Source of the DNA: Gammaproteobacteria bacterium
GTDB lineage: Bacteria; Pseudomonadota; Gammaproteobacteria; Eutrophobiales; Eutrophobiaceae
Reading direction: 5' to 3'
Length of the DNA: 64,000 bases
Assembly: GCA_965220815.1 (NCBI GenBank)
Contig: OZ244846.1
Span: 1,987,620-2,051,619 of the forward strand
Shown: piece after piece, positions 63,101-64,000 of the stretch
Layout: every line of letters begins with the position of its first letter
Numbering within the stretch: position 1 is the first letter of the stretch
Notes under the pieces: generated by a model
Databases searched by the model: none
What the model saw: the letters and a program-made list of their open reading frames with translations, nothing else
Told to the model about the DNA's origin: nothing
Translations under genes and position numbers: made by a program

Positions 63101-64000
63101 ACGATGCCTTTAACGAGGGCAACGAGACCATCAGCGTGGACGGCACGGCGGGCACGCTGAGCGTGACCGATGCGGAAATCACCATTAACGACGATGACGC
63201 CGCGCCGGGCGGGATTGCGCTCTCGGTCTCCCCGGCCTCGGTGGGCGAGGGGGCCGGGGAGACGGAGGTGACGGTGACGGCCACGGTGGGCGGGGCCTCC
63301 CGTTACGAGGCGGCGCAGACGGTGGCGGTGAGCGTGGGCGGGGGTACGGCCACCGCCCCGGCGGACTATGCGGCGGTGGCGGGGTTTAACATTGTCATTG
63401 CCGCGGGGGCGGTGAGCGCGACCGGCACGTTCGACCTGACGCCGGTGGACGATGCGCTGGCGGAGGGCAACGAGACCATCGACGTGACGGGCGTCGCCGG
63501 CGCGCTGGACGTGACCGACACGGAGATTACCCTTAACGACGATGACACCGCGCCCACGGCGCTGACCCTGACGGTGGATGCGGACACGGCCACGAACAAC
63601 GTGCAGGGCAGCCTGGCCGAGAACGGCGGGGCGAAGACGGTGCGGGTGACGGCGACCCTGGACGGGGCCGGGCGCTTTACCGAGGCCAAGACCGTGACGG
63701 TGGCGGTGGGCAAGAACACGGACGGCGCCCGGGAGGGGACGGACTACGCCGTTGTCGCCGACCAGCGTATCACGATTGCGGCGGGGGCGGGCAGCGCGCA
63801 CGTGGACTTCACGCTGACCCCCACGAACGATGCTATAGACGAACCAGACGAGATGATCAGCATTGAGGGTTCGCTTGCCGGTGTCACTTTCACCCAGGCA
63901 ACCATCACCATCACGGACGATGACGACGCGCCGACGACACTGACCCTGTCGGTGGATGCGGACACGGGCACGAACGGTACGCAAAACAGTATCGCGGAGG
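39154..64000 (+). CDS. giant Calx-beta-repeat extracellular/adhesin-like protein, 3' end beyond the window (>8,282 codons in window)
   Basis: Hand translation from the ATG at 39154 (in-frame stop TAG at 39103-39105 upstream) is open through nt 64000. The product is built from ~120-aa units ending in DEPNET..GT..GVT.TD..ITI.DDD (Calx-beta-like), Thr/Val/Asp/Ala-rich and highly acidic. The N-terminus is a signal-like hydrophobic segment (LLACAGGIGCLLLAGFLAALPGGVVAQQ). Absent from the ORF track because it has no in-window stop. Confidence 0.85.
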   Translation, partial: MRVDTLIAPETLLRALLACAGGIGCLLLAGFLAALPGGVVAQQAPSVSITKPAGSVTEGETVTFTVSRIGDSSQELRVNFETQDGDTGGNAFFTDAVAGSDYTRVSRTLTFPAGNSQSQTISVQTLSDDVYEPLEYFHIRAVVTYNDGEKDITRTVLSRDQRIREAQQRYLTLKPVSSSSYSIPEFRAKEGEENKLTIELNEPLPYDLSITYTVGNTLHTTAEKGKDYTMETGTKTISSGQKSTTLMLDIKDDDEVEPDEYFTILFTEIGKANPLTVQETYNEVSFQEGSNLSVLIEDNDSGEGAVYLRGQARSGQLSGYPVTRNTLTEGQSTTIYAEIAGGAPSTSINIPLEVTGYPSGEVTSGDYSIPPSIQIAAGDKTGSVTLSITDDAVDERFRELLVVKIDNAVTSTGYSKGDRSEFHVVMEDNDKTVVVLKNEDREVALSENSGKRKTTFDIVLARIPKPTASGPPGFDVDINESDPKFTLTYKGEATHGSDYRATTSVPGSDTRCGNTGNDPKNSNHICTVTLTVLDDNLYEGGAKTTEKISISLAGGMFNDGLDPATSTPIKLTIEDNDTQPTFSIEDVSVTEDDPAKFTISRSGAKENRISVRAKTAMGGSNPAQSADYAARTHTVTLGSGVMSNTFQVAITDDIIHEPGPPETFLVKLDQPKDIGGLPPPAIEDDEATGTINDNDEKPSALEITVDTNTATNADDTNIAEAAGETDVKVTATITSGTRFATAQTVAVTVGNSDNDNEAVEGTDYGNVAGFDITIPAGQASGTHTFKLTPTDDDIDDDNEKISVEGALDDLTVTHAAITIVDDDTRGITVAPASLTLDEKDDSNTATSQENQGTYDVVLTSEPTGGEVTVNVASGDGTVATVDKASLTFDATNWKTAQTVTVTAQDDPIDNTGDKRETTIIHTVSAADTDYEGEKAESVDVTVTDDDAAPMALTLKVDTDATTIGDQTNINEGTGSPTVSHTVTVTATLDGDTRFATEQTINVTVGAASDSATEGSGGDYDTVADFEITLDASEGSASKTFIFTPDPDSVDEPDETISVNGVLSGVTVAGTTITLEDDDDTPTVTLALAPASINESGATNASTVTATLNGTSSEAVTLTVSATPVSPAVASDITLSNNKTLTIPALSTDSTGVVTITAVDNHVDADNKTVTVSATASGGNGLAAPDDVTLTITDDDERGINVSKTTLTLDEADDTDTMDADEHEDTYNVVLESEPTGGTVTINVASGDTDIAIVAPASLTFNSSNWKTPQPVTVTAVPNTADDPMNRRLVTITHTVSAEGTDYESETASNVEVTVNDDDGAPSMSINRPSVTEGDSATATLTFTVRLTPASGNQVTVAYADAGSGTATSATDYAALTAGTLTFAPGDTSKPVAVTVNGDVLDEPDETVVLRLSSLVNAVFTGVAGTTLDGTGTITDNDPTPTVSVSDATAVNEGNVMSPDPPNNMTFTVQLSAVSGQTVTVPYTLGGTATAGEDYIEPNPRSVTIAAGSPSATITIPVKGDEVDEDNETVIVTLGTPTNATVSTAEGAATATGTITDDDTRGITVMPLTRTLDEVDNTATDAITENQATYTVVLDSQPTGTVTVNLASKDGTVATVGTARLEFTTGNWNTVRTVTITAVPDIIDNTGNRRTVDIEHTVSAAGTDYSGERAASVAVTVTDDDAAPSGITLTASPDSVAEEGGAETITVTAAVNGITRYAEAKTVTVSVGGGSAISGADYMTVSNFNITIPAGAASEAETFTLTPASDVLHEGNETLNVMGTLTGITITPDEITITDNDAAPTALTLTVDADTGTDNVQSSIAEDSGAKTVRVTATLDGSSQFTTDKTVSVEVGKSGDSAGEGSDYATVGALTITIKAGTSSAHVDFTLTPTNDVLDEENEIISLDGTATGLMVADAEITLTDDDATPTGITLTVDTNGATAGTPDTVGEGAGATTVTVIAAVNGTTRYVDAKTVAVSVSDDEATSPADYAAVSNFNIVIPAGAASHTNTFTLTPVNDNLDEENETIDVTGTVPGSITVTPATVSLTDNDDPPIFSIAGDAASEGDAIDFVVTRGGATANVATVKIATAAHSGDDVNPAGADDYTAITTAQTLSFASGDTSQTVSVQTTEDDLYEEDETFLAVLSEPALAEGDPGTGVSIAPNAGSATGTIRNDDTEPSFSITDASASEGDAITFTVTRSGAMDNAVSVSWNTKPATGANAAATSDYTPVTTPTQLDFGAGVGRVTFTVSTTEDVLDEGNETFLVELTSPVGGAITTDEATGTINDDDDAPTGITLTVDENSFAENADTATVTVTATVTGGTTFADTKTVVVSVDDGTAISGTDYAAVPGFNIALAVGAESATGTFSFKPTDDELDEPNETLDVTGTLTDVTITKATITINDNDTTPSFKVGDASAAEGEALSFVVTRDGATANVVTVDWATALVDGEASAMDFTAVPATTLTFAAGDTTKMVTVMSTEDVLDEEDETFEVKLTNPAKGASDPGSVPTISDDTGEGTITDDDAAPMTMTLTVDADTATNNVQGSLAEDGGAKTVRVTAAITGATRFAAAQTVSVAVGKAMDSAREGTDYATVADQTITIAAGAASGQVDFTLTPTDDDIDEPNETISIAGTLAGVTFTDTVITITDDEALPTLSLALGAASINESGNGNSTAVTARLSGKSSVDVTVAVGTAPGADTTTGDYTVSANTTLTIAAGSTASTGEVTITAVDNKVDAPNKSVTVSGTASGGGVANPGNQTLTITDDDTRGITVTPLTRTLDEVDDADTDDATENRATYTVVLDSEPTGTVTVNLASKDGTVATVGTASLVFTTADWNTVRTVTVTAVPDIIDNTGNARTVDIEHTVVAAGTDYEDESAASVTVTVTDDDAAPMTMTLTVDADTATNNVQGSLAEDGGAKTVRVTAAITGATRFAAAQTVSVAVGKAMDSAREGTDYATVADQTITIAAGAASGQVDFTLTPTDDDIDEPNETISIAGTLAGVTFTDTVITITDDEALPTLSLALGAASINESGNGNSTAVTARLSGKSSVDVTVAVGTAPGADTTTGDYTVSANTTLTIAAGSTASTGEVTITAVDNKVDAPNKSVTVSGTASGGGVANPGNQTLTITDDDTRGITVTPLTRTLDEVDDADTDDATENRATYTVVLDSEPTGTVTVNLASKDGTVATVGTASLVFTTADWNTVRTVTVTAVPDIIDNTGNARTVDIEHTVVAAGTDYEDESAASVTVTVTDDDAAPMTMTLTVDADTATNNVQGSLAEDGGAKTVRVTAAITGATRFAAAQTVSVAVGKAMDSAREGTDYATVADQTITIAAGAASGQVDFTLTPTDDDIDEPNETISIAGTLAGVTFTDTVITITDDEALPTLSLALGAASINESGNGNSTAVTARLSGKSSVDVTVAVGTAPGADTTTGDYTVSANTTLTIAAGSTASTGEVTITAVDNKVDAPNKSVTVSGTASGGGVANPGNQTLTITDDDTRGITVTPLTRTLDEVDDADTDDATENRATYTVVLDSEPTGTVTVNLASKDGTVATVGTASLVFTTADWNTVRTVTVTAVPDIIDNTGNARTVDIEHTVVAAGTDYEDESAASVTVTVTDDDAAPMTMTLTVDADTATNNVQGSLAEDGGAKTVRVTAAITGATRFAAAQTVSVAVGKAMDSAREGTDYATVADQTITIAAGAASGQVDFTLTPTDDDIDEPNETISIAGTLAGVTFTDTVITITDDEALPTLSLALGAASINESGNGNSTAVTARLSGKSSVDVTVAVGTAPGADTTTGDYTVSANTTLTIAAGSTASTGEVTITAVDNKVDAPNKSVTVSGTASGGGVANPGNQTLTITDDDTRGITVTPLTRTLDEVDDADTDDATENRATYTVVLDSEPTGTVTVNLASKDGTVATVGTASLVFTTADWNTVRTVTVTAVPDIIDNTGNARTVDIEHTVVAAGTDYEDESAASVTVTVTDDDAAPMTMTLTVDADTATNNVQGSLAEDGGAKTVRVTAAITGATRFAAAQTVSVAVGKAMDSAREGTDYATVADQTITIAAGAASGQVDFTLTPTDDDIDEPNETISIAGTLAGVTFTDTVITITDDEALPTLSLALGAASINESGNGNSTAVTARLSGKSSVDVTVAVGTAPGADTTTGDYTVSANTTLTIAAGSTASTGEVTITAVDNKVDAPNKSVTVSGTASGGGVANPGNQTLTITDDDTRGITVTPLTRTLDEVDDADTDDATENRATYTVVLDSEPTGTVTVNLASKDGTVATVGTASLVFTTADWNTVRTVTVTAVPDIIDNTGNARTVDIEHTVVAAGTDYEDESAASVTVTVTDDDAAPMTMTLTVDADTATNNVQGSLAEDGGAKTVRVTAAITGATRFAAAQTVSVAVGKAMDSAREGTDYATVADQTITIAAGAASGQVDFTLTPTDDDIDEPNETISIAGTLAGVTFTDTVITITDDEALPTLSLALGAASINESGNGNSTAVTARLSGKSSVDVTVAVGTAPGADTTTGDYTVSANTTLTIAAGSTASTGEVTITAVDNKVDAPNKSVTVSGTASGGGVANPGNQTLTITDDDTRGITVTPLTRTLDEVDDADTDDATENRATYTVVLDSEPTGTVTVNLASKDGTVATVGTASLVFTTADWNTVRTVTVTAVPDIIDNTGNARTVDIEHTVVAAGTDYEDESAASVTVTVTDDDAAPGGIALSVSPASVGEGAGETEVTVTATVGGASRYEAAQTVAVSVGGGTATAPADYAAVAGFNIVIAAGAVSATGTFDLTPVDDALAEGNETIDVTGVAGALDVTDTEITLNDDDTAPTALTLTVDADTATNNVQGSLAENGGAKTVRVTATLDGAGRFTEAKTVTVAVGKNTDGAREGTDYAVVADLSIVIAAGEGSAHADFTLTPTDDALAEGSETISIAGTVAGLSVTDTEITLNDDDVAPTGITVTVDVDPDTVGDQTSLAEDAGARTVTVTAAVNGATRYVAATTVAVAVGKADDGATEGTDYANVADLSLTIAAGEQSASATFTLTVTDDAFNEGNETISVDGTAGTLSVTDAEITINDDDAAPGGIALSVSPASVGEGAGETEVTVTATVGGASRYEAAQTVAVSVGGGTATAPADYAAVAGFNIVIAAGAVSATGTFDLTPVDDALAEGNETIDVTGVAGALDVTDTEITLNDDDTAPTALTLTVDADTATNNVQGSLAENGGAKTVRVTATLDGAGRFTEAKTVTVAVGKNTDGAREGTDYAVVADLSIVIAAGEGSAHADFTLTPTDDALAEGSETISIAGTVAGLSVTDTEITLNDDDVAPTGITVTVDVDPDTVGDQTSLAEDAGARTVTVTAAVNGATRYVAATTVAVAVGKADDGATEGTDYANVADLSLTIAAGEQSASATFTLTVTDDAFNEGNETISVDGTAGTLSVTDAEITINDDDAAPGGIALSVSPASVGEGAGETEVTVTATVGGASRYEAAQTVAVSVGGGTATAPADYAAVAGFNIVIAAGAVSATGTFDLTPVDDALAEGNETIDVTGVAGALDVTDTEITLNDDDTAPTALTLTVDADTATNNVQGSLAENGGAKTVRVTATLDGAGRFTEAKTVTVAVGKNTDGAREGTDYAVVADLSIVIAAGEGSAHADFTLTPTDDALAEGSETISIAGTVAGLSVTDTEITLNDDDVAPTGITVTVDVDPDTVGDQTSLAEDAGARTVTVTAAVNGATRYVAATTVAVAVGKADDGATEGTDYANVADLSLTIAAGEQSASATFTLTVTDDAFNEGNETISVDGTAGTLSVTDAEITINDDDAAPGGIALSVSPASVGEGAGETEVTVTATVGGASRYEAAQTVAVSVGGGTATAPADYAAVAGFNIVIAAGAVSATGTFDLTPVDDALAEGNETIDVTGVAGALDVTDTEITLNDDDTAPTALTLTVDADTATNNVQGSLAENGGAKTVRVTATLDGAGRFTEAKTVTVAVGKNTDGAREGTDYAVVADLSIVIAAGEGSAHADFTLTPTDDALAEGSETISIAGTVAGLSVTDTEITLNDDDVAPTGITVTVDVDPDTVGDQTSLAEDAGARTVTVTAAVNGATRYVAATTVAVAVGKADDGATEGTDYANVADLSLTIAAGEQSASATFTLTVTDDAFNEGNETISVDGTAGTLSVTDAEITINDDDAAPGGIALSVSPASVGEGAGETEVTVTATVGGASRYEAAQTVAVSVGGGTATAPADYAAVAGFNIVIAAGAVSATGTFDLTPVDDALAEGNETIDVTGVAGALDVTDTEITLNDDDTAPTALTLTVDADTATNNVQGSLAENGGAKTVRVTATLDGAGRFTEAKTVTVAVGKNTDGAREGTDYAVVADLSIVIAAGEGSAHADFTLTPTDDALAEGSETISIAGTVAGLSVTDTEITLNDDDVAPTGITVTVDVDPDTVGDQTSLAEDAGARTVTVTAAVNGATRYVAATTVAVAVGKADDGATEGTDYANVADLSLTIAAGEQSASATFTLTVTDDAFNEGNETISVDGTAGTLSVTDAEITINDDDAAPGGIALSVSPASVGEGAGETEVTVTATVGGASRYEAAQTVAVSVGGGTATAPADYAAVAGFNIVIAAGAVSATGTFDLTPVDDALAEGNETIDVTGVAGALDVTDTEITLNDDDTAPTALTLTVDADTATNNVQGSLAENGGAKTVRVTATLDGAGRFTEAKTVTVAVGKNTDGAREGTDYAVVADLSIVIAAGEGSAHADFTLTPTDDALAEGSETISIAGTVAGLSVTDTEITLNDDDVAPTGITVTVDVDPDTVGDQTSLAEDAGARTVTVTAAVNGATRYVAATTVAVAVGKADDGATEGTDYANVADLSLTIAAGEQSASATFTLTVTDDAFNEGNETISVDGTAGTLSVTDAEITINDDDAAPGGIALSVSPASVGEGAGETEVTVTATVGGASRYEAAQTVAVSVGGGTATAPADYAAVAGFNIVIAAGAVSATGTFDLTPVDDALAEGNETIDVTGVAGALDVTDTEITLNDDDTAPTALTLTVDADTATNNVQGSLAENGGAKTVRVTATLDGAGRFTEAKTVTVAVGKNTDGAREGTDYAVVADLSIVIAAGEGSAHADFTLTPTDDALAEGSETISIAGTVAGLSVTDTEITLNDDDVAPTGITVTVDVDPDTVGDQTSLAEDAGARTVTVTAAVNGATRYVAATTVAVAVGKADDGATEGTDYANVADLSLTIAAGEQSASATFTLTVTDDAFNEGNETISVDGTAGTLSVTDAEITINDDDAAPGGIALSVSPASVGEGAGETEVTVTATVGGASRYEAAQTVAVSVGGGTATAPADYAAVAGFNIVIAAGAVSATGTFDLTPVDDALAEGNETIDVTGVAGALDVTDTEITLNDDDTAPTALTLTVDADTATNNVQGSLAENGGAKTVRVTATLDGAGRFTEAKTVTVAVGKNTDGAREGTDYAVVADLSIVIAAGEGSAHADFTLTPTDDALAEGSETISIAGTVAGLSVTDTEITLNDDDVAPTGITVTVDVDPDTVGDQTSLAEDAGARTVTVTAAVNGATRYVAATTVAVAVGKADDGATEGTDYANVADLSLTIAAGEQSASATFTLTVTDDAFNEGNETISVDGTAGTLSVTDAEITINDDDAAPGGIALSVSPASVGEGAGETEVTVTATVGGASRYEAAQTVAVSVGGGTATAPADYAAVAGFNIVIAAGAVSATGTFDLTPVDDALAEGNETIDVTGVAGALDVTDTEITLNDDDTAPTALTLTVDADTATNNVQGSLAENGGAKTVRVTATLDGAGRFTEAKTVTVAVGKNTDGAREGTDYAVVADLSIVIAAGEGSAHADFTLTPTDDALAEGSETISIAGTVAGLSVTDTEITLNDDDVAPTGITVTVDVDPDTVGDQTSLAEDAGARTVTVTAAVNGATRYVAATTVAVAVGKADDGATEGTDYANVADLSLTIAAGEQSASATFTLTVTDDAFNEGNETISVDGTAGTLSVTDAEITINDDDAAPGGIALSVSPASVGEGAGETEVTVTATVGGASRYEAAQTVAVSVGGGTATAPADYAAVAGFNIVIAAGAVSATGTFDLTPVDDALAEGNETIDVTGVAGALDVTDTEITLNDDDTAPTALTLTVDADTATNNVQGSLAENGGAKTVRVTATLDGAGRFTEAKTVTVAVGKNTDGAREGTDYAVVADQRITIAAGAGSAHVDFTLTPTNDAIDEPDEMISIEGSLAGVTFTQATITITDDDDAPTTLTLSVDADTGTNGTQNSIAE
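46701..53252 (+). repeat. tandem array A inside the giant gene: 6 apparently identical copies of a 1092-bp (364-aa) unit
   Basis: Unit starts at 46701, 47793, 48885, 49977, 51069 and 52161. Sequence lines are identical copy to copy. Identical antisense track ORFs are spaced exactly 1092 nt apart (46908, 48000 ... 52368). Confidence 0.9.
53254..63753 (+). repeat. tandem array B inside the giant gene: about 9.5 apparently identical copies of a 1104-bp (368-aa, three-subdomain) unit
   Basis: Unit starts at 53254 + n x 1104 (n = 0..9). Identical antisense track ORFs at 53430, 54534 ... 63366. The 10th copy diverges at ~63754. Confidence 0.9.

Noticed and set aside
46701-63753. Perfect tandem repeats interpreted as rRNA/tRNA arrays or an IS cluster
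   Set aside because: They are in-frame protein-coding units (exact multiples of 3, continuous ORF) with Calx-beta-like periodicity.
46492-63984. 5,830-aa minus-strand ORF, the longest entry in the ORF track
   Set aside because: Its translation is R/G/H/V/A low-complexity with no domain architecture. It is the exact antisense of the + strand Calx-beta gene, whose GAC/GTC/ACG/GGC-rich codons leave the reverse frame free of stops. The + frame gives a coherent, periodic domain protein.

Overview
This 64-kb, GC-rich window looks like a gammaproteobacterial methylotroph. All of this is read by eye from the sequence; no database search was possible. From 5' to 3' it holds three blocks.
(1) A housekeeping block, 1..13850: metA, a PQQ quinoprotein, a BASS transporter, a 5-formyl-THF cyclo-ligase, the rpsP-rimM-trmD-rplS operon, xerD, dsbC, a DUF3108 gene and the LPS-core genes hldE-hldD-waaA.
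(2) A C1-metabolism island, ~13.9..38.8 kb:
- a TonB-dependent receptor;
- a lanthanide-type XoxF methanol dehydrogenase followed by a cupredoxin (not a cytochrome cL) and XoxJ;
- a 12-gene, co-directional supercluster with two paralogous formylmethanofuran dehydrogenase/Fhc gene sets. Only the second set has a FwdD subunit and keeps a Cys-His-Gly-Pro-Ser metal-ligand motif in FwdB. The two sets are bridged by a 7Fe ferredoxin and an FprA-type NADPH:ferredoxin reductase;
- the H4MPT genes mptG, mch, a CitG-like gene and fae.
(3) A giant plus-strand gene (>8,280 codons) for a Calx-beta-repeat protein, 39154..>64000. It is missing from the supplied ORF track because it has no stop codon in the window; the track instead shows a spurious 5,830-aa antisense ORF.
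The giant gene contains two arrays of apparently perfect tandem repeats (6 x 1092 bp, then ~9.5 x 1104 bp). A 16-nt poly-C tract lies in its upstream leader.
A family of TA-flanked inverted-repeat (MITE-like) elements recurs at five or more loci. One sits inside the fhc operon, overlapping the stop of fhcA; one supplies the N-terminus of a neighbouring ORF. Their ~31-bp ends are built from 10-bp-phased CAGAT motifs that start with a DnaA-box-like TTATCCACA.
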